DNA of 61,071 bases from Candidatus Bathyarchaeota archaeon (GCA_963739305.1 CAVTZU010000004.1:1-61071), one strand, 5' to 3'. Shown: positions 1 through 11,690, counted from the stretch's first letter. Translations and numbers: made by a program. Notes: generated by a model from the letters alone, not told the origin.

Positions 1-249
1 TTCCAGGGTGAATCCCAAATCGTGCAGGCGGTAGCCGCGGTGAACACTATGCAAAATGAAACTCAATAAAACAACAGCCAGTACATGAAAACGGTAGGCG
101 AAAGGGATTGCACCTGACCATATCAAAAAAACAGGCGCATAACAGTTGATCAACAGCAGAAGAAACAAGCGGATGCCGGCAGCTGGCGAGCCACATTTTT
201 CAGGAGAGGGGAAATTGCGGCAGAGTGTGTTTGCACTAGATAAACGCAT
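1..249 (-). CDS. Partial membrane protein (N-terminus only, runs off window), possibly CPBP/CAAX-protease family
   Basis: Manual translation from ATG at 249: MRLSSANTL...RLFLLLLINCYAPVFLIWSGAIPFAYRFHVLAVVLLSFILHSVHRGYRLHDLGFTLE; two hydrophobic segments, open to base 1. Confidence 0.5.
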   Translation of the reverse strand, partial: MRLSSANTLCRNFPSPEKCGSPAAGIRLFLLLLINCYAPVFLIWSGAIPFAYRFHVLAVVLLSFILHSVHRGYRLHDLGFTLE

Positions 250-609
250 GTTGCTGCCCAGAGAGTTTGATTGTATCTGATTCATTTCGCAGCCACAAAG
301 CCCCTTGCGACCACGTTGATGTTGGTCATCGATTTTCCGCAAAATTACATTAAAATAACAAATGTTTATCGAAAGGGAAATGTAAATGTAACGTTCCCTT
401 TCCCAGAACGCTCCATTTCTTCACTTGCCAACTATGGTAATCACTCCTGCCCTTACTTTCCCTAAGCAAATCCGAAAAATATCCATACAGCCTTCTCATC
501 TTTCACTGATCCTGCCCTAACATGGATATGTTTTTGTCCTCCCTGATGAAAAACGGAAAACGTCCACCAATTTGGCGACGTTGCTGGTTCGATACTCCGG
601 TCTGGGGGT

Positions 610-2387
610 ATGCAAAAAAGGGAGGAAGAGATGCAGCAAGAGATGAAGAAAAAAATGTGGCGATTGCTGGGCGCTGCGGTGATCGTTACCCTGGTTGGAC
701 TGGCGGCCGTTCAGGGCCAGGCTGCCAATGAAACCGAAATGAGGGAATTGGCTAATCGGAAGATAGCTTGGCGCAGCCCTAAATCTGATGGCGCGACCAT
801 CCCCCTGCAGTTGTTATCCATTAACGATTTTCACAGCCAAATCACCGCAGGCCCGACGGTTGATGGTCGGCCAGTGGGAAGCGCCCCGGTTCTTGCAGCC
901 CATCTCAAAGCGGCCGCCGCCATGGCAAGGGGTAAGACGTTTATTCTCCATGCCGGAGATCATGTCGGCGCCTCACAGCCGCAATCGTCATTGCTTCAGG
1001 ATGAGCCCGGCATCATGTTTTTCAATATGCTGGGCAACGAGCAATGCCGTACCGGCGGCCATTTCGGGCCGGACTGCAATTTGATTGGTATCCCCGGCAA
1101 TCATGAACTGGATGAGGGGCTGCAGGAGATGCTCCGTCTCGTCCACGGCGGAAACCACAGCCAGGGGCCCTACTTACAAAATCCCTACCAGGGGGCCGCT
1201 TTTCCATATATCTGTGCCAATCTGGTGCAAGCCTCAACTGGTCAGCCGCTGTTCCAGCCCTACGTGGTCCGCATGGTCGATGGTGTGCCTGTCGGGTTCA
1301 TCGGCGCGGTCCTCCATCACGCCTCCACCTTCCTCCCTCCGGAAAGCCTCGAAAAATTACAGGTGCTGGACGAGGCGGCAACCATCAACCGCTATGCGCG
1401 CCAACTCAAGGCCGAGGGGATCCGTACCCTCATCGTTGTCCTCCACCAGGGGGGATATCAGGGACCAGCAATTGAAAGCGTAAATCGGACCAGCCCCTTG
1501 GTCGGTGACATCGCACCCATTGTCGAGCGGCTCGACAGCGAGGTCGATGTGGTGCTCAGCGGCCACACCCACACCTATCACAACATTCTGGTTAACAATG
1601 CCGCCGGCCGCCCTATGCTTGTGGTCCAGGCCTGGCCCAAGGGCACCGGTTATGCCGATATCAATCTGGAAATCAGCCGGGTCAGCGGCGACGTGGTGGC
1701 GATGTCGTCGTCTATTGTGACCACCTGGGCCGACAGTGGACCGGGACTGCAACCTGATCCCCAGGTAGCCGTTCTGGCCAACCGGGTGGATAAGATGGGC
1801 AATGCTATTGCAGCTGAGGTGATCGCCCGTGCCGCTAAGCCCATTACCCGGACAAGCAACGAGGCCGGTGAATCAGCGTTGGTGATTTAGTTGCCGATGC
1901 TCAGCGCCAGATTATGGGCACGGATTTCGCCTTCATGCATCCTGAAGGCATCGAAGCCGATATCGCCTCCGGCATCATTACTAAGGGGGATCACTTCACG
2001 GTGCAGCCGGCCAAACTCAATCTGGTGAAACTGGAGATGACCGGCCAGCAGATCTACGAACTGCTCAATCAGCAATGGAGCGGGGACAACGGACGGGGCC
2101 GGTTTCTCCAAGTCTCGGGCCTGAGCTATACCTGGGATGCCGATCGACCGGACGGTCAGCGGGTCGTCGCGGTGATGAAGGACGGTGCGCCGATCAAAGC
2201 GAAAGCAAGATACTCGGTGGCCGTCAATGAATATCTGGCGGGTGGCGGTGGTAACTTCACCGCACTGACCAAGGGTGTCAATCCGGTAGTCGGTCCCTTC
2301 ATCGCCGAGGCCCTGATCCAGTATGTCAGCACCCAGCCCCAGCCAATCAACGCTGATATTGAGGGGCGAATCAGCCGGTTGAATTAG
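610..2387 (+). CDS. Secreted bifunctional metallophosphatase/5'-nucleotidase, split by one frameshift at about 1880
   Basis: Signal peptide; motifs NDFH, GDHVG, GNHE, HQG, GHTH; adding one G at TTGGTGAT restores ESALGDLVADAQR and joins ORF 1914-2387 (C-terminal domain with LQVSGLSYTWD, NEYLAGGG). Confidence 0.85.
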
Positions 2388-2578
2388 GATCTCGTCCACA
2401 CTGGTCTATGAACGCTTGATTGATGGAAGAGAGGGTTTACATATTGCTCACTCAAATAGGAAATGTAATCAGATTACCATCTGACTCTCGATGCGACCAG
2501 CTTGTCACAGAGGCGGCGAAAGGCTCCGGACTACTCGAAGATGCAGGGTGTATCGCGCGGGGAGGGCAGAGGTATTGA

Positions 2579-3900
2579 TTATTTTTTAAGCTTGGTGCAA
2601 AGCCGCTCCACCTGTTCCCGTACCGAAGTCTGGTGGGACATGTCTTTGGTGATGGTCTTGATGGCGTGGAGGACCGTGGAATGGTCGCGGTTGTAGATGC
2701 TGCCGATGTCGGCCAGGGATTTGTCGGTGTATTTGCGGGTGAGGAACATGGCCACCTGACGGGGGAAGGAGATGGCCCGTTTGCGTGACCGAGACCGGAG
2801 ATCTTCGGCACTGACCCGGAACTGACTGCCGATGAGATCGCGGATGGATTCGCCGGTTATCTCCGGCTGAATCACCGATCAGTCCGAAAATCACCTCCCG
2901 GACCATGGCAAGGTCAGGCGGGGTGTTGCGGAGGCTGGATTTGGCCTTGATGCCGAGGATGGCGCTCTCCATCCGCCGGATGTCACCGCGCAGGTTCTCC
3001 GCCATAAAGCCCACCAGATCCTCGTCCCTTCCCAAGCCGTGCTGGCGCATTTTATGGCGGATGATCCGGGCCCTGGTCTCGTAGTCGGGCGATTCGATGC
3101 CGGTTACCAGGCCGGAAGTCATGCGGCTGCGGAAATCGTCGTCAATGCCCGCCAGTTTGCCCGGGGCCAGGGCCGAGGTCAGGATAACCCGCCGCCCGGA
3201 CTTGATCAGGTAGTCAAGGATGGTGTTGAGCTCCTCCTGGGTTTTGTTCTTGCCGGTCAGGGTGTGGACGTCCTCCACCAGCAACATGTCGCAGTTGTTG
3301 ACATATTTTTTTGAAAACTGCTCCATGGAATTGGTGCGGATGTTCTTGACCATCTCTGCAGAAAATTGCTGGGCGGTCAGATAGTGCAACCGGGTGGAGG
3401 GAGCGGAGTGCAACACCTGATGGACCACGGCCTGGGTCAGGTGGCTTTTACCCAGCCCGGTGGTGCTGTTCATGAACAGGCAATTGCCGAAGGTGGCATC
3501 GCCGGTGGCCAGGGCCTTGCAGGCAGAACGGGCCAACAGATTCGATTCGCCGACCATGAACTGCTCAAAGGTAAAGGCGGGGTGGAGCGAGCGCAGACGG
3601 GGCACCCCCACTGGCGATCCCGGGAAGCCGCAGTTGTCCGTGGCTGTCGCTTTCAAAATGCATCGGTCGATTTTCGGCGACTTTCAGCTGGACATCGGCA
3701 ATCTCACCCATCTTTTCTGCTGTATGGCGGATGAGGTCCAGGTAGCGATCTTCAACCCAAGCGCAAAAAAATCGGTCAGGCCCGACAAGCTCAAGCACTC
3801 GTCCTTCCTGCAGCCGACATTCCAGCGGTTTGATCCACAGACCAAATTCACTGTCCGACAAGGTGCCACGCAGAGATGTTTTGATCGCATTCCACAGCAT
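2579..3900 (-). CDS. dnaA: DnaA-family replication initiator, split over three ORFs by two frameshifts (about 3607 and 2870)
   Basis: Domain I (LWIKPL) in 3565-3900; AAA+ domain (FTFEQFMVGESN, TGLGKSHL, TQEEL, RSRMTSGL) in 2586-3656; domain IV (PRQVAMFL, RDHSTVLHA) in 2579-2875. Confidence 0.9.
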
Positions 3901-4019
3901 AACTCGTTTCCTTTATTCTTCAAAAGTTCTTCCCGATAGTCTGAATGGGGTCTGATCTACTGAAGAATCGGAAACCGGTCAAAGGCAGTATGAGCTGATT
4001 TACTGCTCCAATCAAGAGG

Positions 4020-4178
4020 ATGTCCACATTGGGAAAGTCCCTGCTGGCAGCTGGGTCGATTTGAGCTGGAAAAGATTAACTCTTTATAACGATTCGATAT
4101 TTCGACAAAGACAAGTGATTCGTAGCTATAACAGTATGTTGGATCAATAATTAAAAAGTTATCAACAAGTTGCCAACA
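4020..4178. promoter_or_regulatory. DnaA-box-like sites upstream of dnaA
   Basis: TTATCAACA (4159-4167, one mismatch to TTATCCACA), adjacent TTGCCAACA (4170-4178) and ATGTCCACA (4020-4028) in an AT-rich intergenic region. Confidence 0.4.
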
Positions 4179-4469
4179 AGATGATATCCCTATTTTCCTA
4201 CGATTTGCTGATGAATACTCGCTCATGCTCAATATTTATCTTAGCAGTCGACGGAATTCTTTAACCCCTTTTCACTCCATGATTTCAGAAAACCAGGATC
4301 GGGAATAAATATTTTCAGCTCGAGGTGTTGTTTTTTATTTAATAATACCAGTAAGAAAGTGTCGCCACGCCTCCGTTCTTCAAGGAGTAGGCCCTTAACC
4401 TCTTTTTCTTCGATACGGTAGACTTCTATTTTTGTGTCACCCGGTGGCGCTGGAAACGTGAGTTTGCTT

Positions 4470-4559
4470 GAGTAACTGGTGCCCTGTCTACTCCGCTGAT
4501 TTCCTGCAGTACCCTGCTCGGATTACAGCTTGCGTGGCGTTCGGGTCGATCAGTTACTC
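4470..4559. repeat. 90-bp element bounded by inverted repeats (MITE-like or structured RNA)
   Basis: GAGTAACTGGT (4470-4480) and ATCAGTTACTC (4549-4559): 9 perfect pairs plus a wobble extension. Confidence 0.35.
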
Positions 4560-4564
4560 GCTAG

Positions 4565-4926
<362 letters not shown>

Positions 4927-5049
4927 AGCAAAGCAAAATGCGGGGACATCTTGGACGACGCTTACCAACCGCTTTAATGCCGGGAGAATCTCAACCTTGT
5001 CTTTTAGAAAGGGCTTACCGAGCTATATTTCAAGATTCCCATAGGTGAA

Positions 5050-5352
5050 TCAACAGGCCGTATTATTATCTACCGGCACAACCTCAGTCCCGTATTCGAG
5101 ATGGTGCAGGTGGTCAGCCCACCACTGCATCATCTTGATTCTTTCCGGCATATACGCCGCCCGATGGTGTGCCCCCTGACAGCATTTTTTTCTTTATGAG
5201 CAAGTTGGCGCTCAACAGCATCCGGGTTGAATCCGGCTTCGTTGGTAATGGTGGAAAAGAGCGCACGGAAGCCGTGCATAGTCATCTTGGAGTGATAGCC
5301 CACCCTATACAATGCATAGAGCATGGTGTTCTCCGAAAGCATCCTTTCGGGG
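5050..5352 (-). pseudogene. C-terminal fragment of a P4-type tyrosine integrase, truncated by the IS
   Basis: SENT..ALYRVGY, HGFRA, ERQLAH motifs; after a frameshift near 5175 it continues AHHRAAYMPERIKMMQWWADHL; His at the expected catalytic Tyr position. Confidence 0.85.
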
Positions 5353-6878
5353 TAGTCTTACTTTGTCACATTACAAAAATATCACAAATTATCGTATTAA
5401 TTCACTATTTATGCTATAAAGGCTGTGTAAGATTAATCAATTACCAGGAGGAAAAATGCACAGCCTAACCCCAAAAAATCCAGAGCGGCAAGAGAGAAAA
5501 TACTTGTCAACGGCCACTGCTGGAGTTGTCGGCCGCGTTTTGTCTTTTTCATGAGCGTTATAAACAATTCTTTGTCACCAAGACTCGATCAGTGGTTGCA
5601 CAGTCGCGCCAATACTTGAGCGGACTCATGCAGGCTGTTCGTAAAAATGTGGAACGGATGACCGAAGTCGTGCCGGAAACGGAGTATCAATCATTGCAGC
5701 ATTTCACGACGCATTCTCCCTGGGAGCACCGCCCGGTGATGGATCAGGTGGCTTTGGACGCCGATCGTCTTTTGGGAGGCTCCCCTGACACCGGTCTTAT
5801 TCTCGACGAAAGCTCCCTGCCCAAAAAAGGGAAGAAGTCTGTCGGAGTTGCCCGCCAATGGTGCGGCCGCCTCGGCAAGGTCGATAACTGTCAAACCGGC
5901 GTGTATGCCTCGTTGGTTCATGGTGCCTCGGCAACGATCATCGACTGCCGGCTGTATCTGCCGAAGGAGTGGACCGATGACCGCAATCGTTGCAAAGCTG
6001 CCGGTATCCCAGAGGACGTCACCTTCACCACCAAATCGCAACTGGCCCTTGCTATCGTTCACCATGCCAGGTCAATAGGCGTACGATATGCCTGGGTCGG
6101 TTTTGATGGTGGCTACGGCAAAGAACCGCTTTTTCTCAAAACCCTTGATGACGAGGGCGAACAATTTGTTGCCGATGTCCACAAGGATCAGTCCTTTTAT
6201 CTTGAAGATCCGGCGCCATATATTCCTGATCGACACTCCGCGAAAGGAAGAACGCCTTCCGTGTACAAGACAGAGAGCACCAGGATGGTGGTGGAACAAT
6301 GGGTTGCTCGTCAACCCGAAGAGGCCTGGCAACGAATAACTACCCGTGACTCCACCAAAGGTCAGTTGCAGGTTGATATCCTCACGCAGCGAGTCTGGGT
6401 TTGGCTTGACCAAAAACAGTCCGTCCGCCAATGGCACCTTGTGGTCAGGCGAGAGATTGACTCCCCGAAAACCATCAAATACAGCTTCTCCAATGCCCCG
6501 GCAGAAACCACTCCTGAACGGCTCGCCTACATGCAGGGGCAGCGTTTTTTTGTTGAACGTTCCTTCCAGGATGCCAAAACAACAGCCGGAATGGATCATT
6601 ACCAGATTCGAGGCTGGCTGGCCTGGCATCATCATATGGCCATGGTGATGATGTCCATGCTCTTTCTGCTGGAAACCAGAAGAGAACAGGAGGAGTCCCA
6701 CCCATTGCTCAGTTGTCCCGACATTGCCGGATTGCTCGCACATTTTCTTCCCCGCCGCGATATTACCCCCGAAGAAGTCCTCCGCCAGATGGAGGTGAGG
6801 CATCGACAAAGAAAAGCCTCAATAGACTCGGCATATAGGCGGCAGGATTCGGATGGATAATGTGACAAAGTAGAACTA
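5353..6878 (+). mobile_element. IS701-family insertion sequence
   Basis: 21-bp terminal inverted repeats with 2 mismatches: TAGTCTTACTTTGTCACATTA (5353-5373) and TAATGTGACAAAGTAGAACTA (6858-6878), enclosing the transposase. Confidence 0.85.
5526..6860 (+). CDS. IS701-family DDE transposase
   Basis: LILDES..KKGKKSVGVARQWCGRLGKVDNCQ, LYLPKEW, DGGYG, FVERSFQDAK..GMDHYQIRGW..WHHH; the true start may be the ATG at 5456 behind AGGAGG, with an extra base near 5470. Confidence 0.92.
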   Translation: MSAAFCLFHERYKQFFVTKTRSVVAQSRQYLSGLMQAVRKNVERMTEVVPETEYQSLQHFTTHSPWEHRPVMDQVALDADRLLGGSPDTGLILDESSLPKKGKKSVGVARQWCGRLGKVDNCQTGVYASLVHGASATIIDCRLYLPKEWTDDRNRCKAAGIPEDVTFTTKSQLALAIVHHARSIGVRYAWVGFDGGYGKEPLFLKTLDDEGEQFVADVHKDQSFYLEDPAPYIPDRHSAKGRTPSVYKTESTRMVVEQWVARQPEEAWQRITTRDSTKGQLQVDILTQRVWVWLDQKQSVRQWHLVVRREIDSPKTIKYSFSNAPAETTPERLAYMQGQRFFVERSFQDAKTTAGMDHYQIRGWLAWHHHMAMVMMSMLFLLETRREQEESHPLLSCPDIAGLLAHFLPRRDITPEEVLRQMEVRHRQRKASIDSAYRRQDSDG

Positions 6879-6909
6879 TGCAACACCACATAACCCTATT
6901 CGCCGTTTC

Positions 6910-7995
6910 AACTTAGACTGGCCAGTATTCTTGGATGCTATGGACAGCTTTCAGATGCCAGGCTACTGTCTGGGCTGGCTCGCAGACTATGCTGACCCAC
7001 ACGACTTCGCGCAGCCGTATATGCAGTCCACAGGCAACTGGTTATATTCTCAGGGACCTCCGTTCCCAGCTGACCAAGCCACGATCGATGCCGAAATCAA
7101 CGCAGCACTAGTTGAGACGAACGTCACTCAACGTGGACTAGACTACCTAGACTTGCAGGCAAGATTCTACAACGACGCGATAACGCTGCCGCTGGTTCAA
7201 CCCGTGGGCAGAAGGTTCGCAAGAGACTGGGTACAAGGCTGGTACTTCAACGCACTATATCCAGGATTGTACGCATACGACCTGTACAAGTCTGCGCCAA
7301 CGAGCTACCAACCAGTTGACATAGATGTCATAGAGATCACGCCGATCACGGCATACCCAAATGTCTACATTTGCGCGGGTCAAATGAAACAGCTTCACGG
7401 AGGCGGCGCAGCAGCAACGATGACCTTCCAAGTTCACGTCAAAAGAAACGATGCCAACACAAACGTGACCTCGCTGACCGTAGCGGTCGGTTTGGAGAGG
7501 TTCAACCTGACTGCCCTGGGTGCAGCTGTACCTGTGATCACCCCATCAACTCCAGCGTACCTTGCCTCCACAATTGTGTTCTTAGCACCAGGGGAGGAGT
7601 GGACAGGGATGCTTACGTGGTACGAGGACGGCGTGACAAGCACGTGCCAAGCCAACGCAACATGGGAGATAGCAGCTTTCGTAGCACTCGTTGGGCCAAC
7701 CACTGCGGAAGACGGCAACACTGCCAACAACTTTGCTGACTCAGGGTTCAATTCGACAGCGTTGACGTGTTGGAACGCAACGGCCAAGGCGTATTATCTG
7801 ATACCAGGTGACATAAACGGTGACGGCATCGTCAATATCCTAGACTCTATCGCTTTCATGAATTGTTTCGGCAAGAGCTCAGGACAACTTGGCTACAACC
7901 AGGCCGCTGACCTGAAAGGAGATGGCACAGTCGACATTATCGATGCGATCCTGTTCGCTCAGAACTTGGGCAAGAAAATAGTCAGTGATCCGTAG
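6910..7995 (+). CDS. C-terminal part of an oligopeptide ABC substrate-binding protein fused to an Ig-like domain and a dockerin (5' end missing)
   Basis: LDWPVFL..GWLADYADPHDF..LPLVQP..RDWVQGWYFN is typical of family-5 solute-binding proteins; duplicated Ca-binding motif GDINGDGIVNILD / ADLKGDGTVDIID at the C-terminus. Confidence 0.8.
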   Translation, partial: NLDWPVFLDAMDSFQMPGYCLGWLADYADPHDFAQPYMQSTGNWLYSQGPPFPADQATIDAEINAALVETNVTQRGLDYLDLQARFYNDAITLPLVQPVGRRFARDWVQGWYFNALYPGLYAYDLYKSAPTSYQPVDIDVIEITPITAYPNVYICAGQMKQLHGGGAAATMTFQVHVKRNDANTNVTSLTVAVGLERFNLTALGAAVPVITPSTPAYLASTIVFLAPGEEWTGMLTWYEDGVTSTCQANATWEIAAFVALVGPTTAEDGNTANNFADSGFNSTALTCWNATAKAYYLIPGDINGDGIVNILDSIAFMNCFGKSSGQLGYNQAADLKGDGTVDIIDAILFAQNLGKKIVSDP

Positions 7996-8229
7996 GTCTG
8001 ACTAATAAACGGCGCGTGCCTTTGAAAAAAGGAGATAGCCCTCAACCTCAGTGACAAGTCAACAGTTTGCACTTGCAATTTGCAGCGGCTAGACAACATA
8101 CCTCTGCAACTCTTTTGGTTTCAACTGTGTCCGCGCGCTACTACCTTCTCTTCTCGCACCCGCATAGGATTTTCATGTTCGTTATTTCCAACACAAAACA
8201 ATGAAAAACGTTCGAGCGCGCCTGGCCTG

Positions 8230-11200
8230 TCACTGCCCGTCGACATGTGCGTCGCTGTGTGCTTTCTCCTTGCCATCGGCTTCCAAAAGTTCTTTCATGT
8301 ATTTGTCTATTCTTTTATCTATAATTCCGTAGTTGTCTTCAGTTATCTTGCCCTCAGTGAATCCTTCCAGGATCGTGTTCCTCAACCTGAAAAGCTCTTC
8401 TTCACATTTCTGCCTCTGGGTCTTGAACTTGAAGTACACATCATCAATCTCGGCAAGAAAAGTCTTCAAAACGTTTCGCCTTCTACGGGATCTCAGCCAT
8501 GCCCCGCTGAGTAGGCCGACTGTCAGAAATGTCCCAACTAGGGCGAGTAGGGACTGCAGAACATCGGTACGCGCAAGTACTTCCCACCACGCATGGGCAT
8601 GGTCATAATGAGCTACGACGTCGTAGGGTTTGTCAATGGTGAAATTGATCGGATTAACCCCGATGTCCCACGTCGTGCTTCCAGCACTCCAGTACCGAAA
8701 CACGTATCCGTTTATTTGCTGGGCTGTGAAGGTAACCATGGTTTGCTCATCGCACCATGCCGTTTGTGGAGAGATGATTGGCTGCGGGGCTAATCCTGCT
8801 GGGTCGGTGGTTGCTGCCAAGTAGTACTGAGTTTTCCATTGCCACTGAATGGTTGACGGGGCGTTCAAGGTGAAAGTTGTTCCCGAAGCGTTCCCAATGG
8901 CTGTAACGCTTCCAGTCCCCGTCCATCCTGTGCATATATATCGCGTGCCTTCAGTTCCAGAATCGGGTGAAGTGATCGATTCATTGATTACTTCTCCTGC
9001 TTCATACCATCCTTCAGGAGGCATGGGGGAACTATGTTCAGAGTTGACTTTCAAATAATACATGTGCTTCAAATCCGCAGTCACGTTCAGCGGTCCGTCC
9101 AATCTTATACTGGTTGAGTTTTCGACGATGGTTAGGTTGCTGAACCCTCTCTGAATCCATCCGCTCCAATTGTAGCTTTCATCAGAAACGACATCTGGAG
9201 ATATTGCACTGATCTCCATGGTCGAGCCATTGTTGACCCAGTACTTGCCAACGGGCGGTTCTGTCGTGCCAAAGTTCGTGCTTATGATAAGCCGGTACTG
9301 GGCCATATATTCGGCTTCAAGGTTCAATTCCCCGTTTACCAAAAGAGTCCGGGGATTCGACGTGTTACTATCGTTCCATTGGAGGAATACTTCGCGTGAG
9401 TCTGGCGCAGTTGCGAAAACTGCTGGAACGGTGACGTTGTGAAAGCCATCTTGAAGAAATACTTGGACTCTTCCGTTACCATCTGCCGTGTAATTGTCTC
9501 CGTCAACATTAACAGGAATGTTCAGATGATCCGTTTCAACGGTAAGGGCGTGCCATTCGGAAAGGTCGTATTTGAGAAAACTGCTCCACTGTGTGTCTTC
9601 TGCAAATCCATTTTTCTCGTACTGATCTGAAAATTCGTCATACTTGCCTTTGGTATCCGGATAGAATATTGCCAAGCCCTCGGATTCTGGATCGTTCTTG
9701 TTCTGCCCCGCGATAATCGCGCTGTCCACTGCTCTGGTTAGCTCTAGAGCGGCGTTTCTAAGTTTTTGGTCGGGGATGTGCTCATTTGCCAGCTGTGTGA
9801 AATTCTGCAAATCGATATAGTAGCCAAATTGTTGCTTGCCTGCGATTTCAAAAGGTCCCGTATAACCCAGAGACTGACTCCTAGCCAAGCTTATCTCATC
9901 ATGATAGAGACTTTCATCATGCTTCAGAATTGCAGCAAAATCGTCGATTGCAGTGACCAAATTCGCCTGCATGTTCAGGTCTGTTGCGAACATTGTGGCG
10001 TTAGGTATGTCCATGGCGCGATAGCTCCACCGTATGTAGTCAATGACTATCTCTCCTGCAAAGTCCCTCGGAGACGTTGACACGTTGTCAACGAGACTCG
10101 TCACGTAATCGTCGTATGGTCCGGGAGACCACCCAAGACCTTCAGGGCCAATCAAGATGTTTGCGAAATCTGTAATTTGATAGGCCACTTCTGCCATGCT
10201 CATGCCGCAGGCATCTATCAGAACGTCGTCTACGATTACGGGGAGCCCAGTGAATGCCTGCGTAAGTCTTGGAAGGGTTAGATTGTCATTTCCAGACGTT
10301 TCATCAAAACACAGACCCATACACCCCGCTCCGTGATCCCACAGCACTAGGAAGAAATGGTCTGCAGGATAGTTCGTGATTGTCCAGTTTAGAAAATCTC
10401 TCAACGTGTTTGGATCGCCCATGTCAACCTCTCCCACGTCTCTGAACTGCAGATTCAGCTGTTGGCGTCATGTTTTTTTGGACTACAAAACGTTTGCATG
10501 TTGTCCAGTTTCCGTAGGTTTCGTTTTGGTCAGACGACTTGTCCATTTGTACAATAACGTTCACGTCGGGGGATGAGGTGACAGCTGCGAGCTTTAGAAA
10601 TACGTCGATGCTTTGGTTCACGAGGCTATTGTCTCCGTCAAGGTAGACCATGAACGTCCACTTTGGCACGGTTTCGTTTCCCACGACGAAAGGTGTAGTT
10701 GCAATCGGCCCGTACGGGATCAACGTGCCGTTGAAAAAGCTGTCGGCGTAGACTTCCACTTTCCAGTTTCCCACGGGGGTGCTAGAATCGACGACAATGT
10801 AGTCGTCAGAGACTAGGCCATATTCCCAATAGTTCAAGCTCGTATTACTGCTTTTGTAATCATCAAAGCTGGATGAATGTATCTTGTATGCAGTGCCATC
10901 AGGTTGAACCCAGATGGTCGTGAAGTTGTGACTGTATCCAGTTTCCTCGTTGAAATATGCCATCTTGTCAAACTTCATGTAGTGGTAAGCTTTCGTATCG
11001 GTGCCTACTCGTGAAGCGTGATTTCATGTTTACCATGGATCCATCTGCAGTGATGTTTTCACACATTCGTGGGCTGTTCAGCCCGCCGTTGGTTACTTCG
11101 AAGAAGTCGGAAAAGGAGTACAGACCATCCAAGTAGACGTCGACTTTATATGCCTTCGGATAGTTGACTCCTGGCCAATATCCGTCTATCAGAAGATATC

Positions 11201-11690
11201 CTGCATAGTAGAAGCCTCCATTCGCTTGCGCACTCCAGTTCCAGCAGGAAACCCATGTTTTTGACGAATCGCTTCTGTAGTACCATTCGTATTCGATTGT
11301 GTTGTTGACTGAAACTGTGATGAGGCATTCTGCCTTTTTATCGCTGGGTCTGAATGTTGTCGTCGGCTCGATGGGATTGTAAAATAGATCGTGGTTTTTA
11401 CACATCATGTGTTGAGTGAATGATGGAGAAACAAAAGTAGAGGAAAAACGCATCAGGTCTTGTCCTCCTTCGATGGCCTTAGGAATGTCAGTTCGAGACG
11501 AAGCATAATTCTCTGGAGCGGTTGTGTAGCTCGAGTTTGCACCTGCGGTGGCCTCTTCAACTCTGGATGTCTCATCTTTAGGTAAATCAGGTCCAACGGT
11601 CTGTTTGCTCAGATTCAAAAGCAGTTGCATTATGCACAAGGACATTAGCAAACAGAGAAGGATCTTTTTATTAGTTTTCAACTTAGTCAC
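8230..11690 (-). CDS. Membrane-anchored clostripain-like (peptidase C11) multidomain surface protein, split by two frameshifts (about 11010 and 10440)
   Basis: N-terminal signal sequence; KWTFMVYLDGDNSL, EVDMGDPNTL, LVLWDHGAG (His), IDACGM (Cys); beta-rich repeats, C-terminal TM helix followed by RSRRRR; removing one base at each junction fuses ORFs 10968-11690, 10424-10978 and 8230-10437. Confidence 0.85.
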
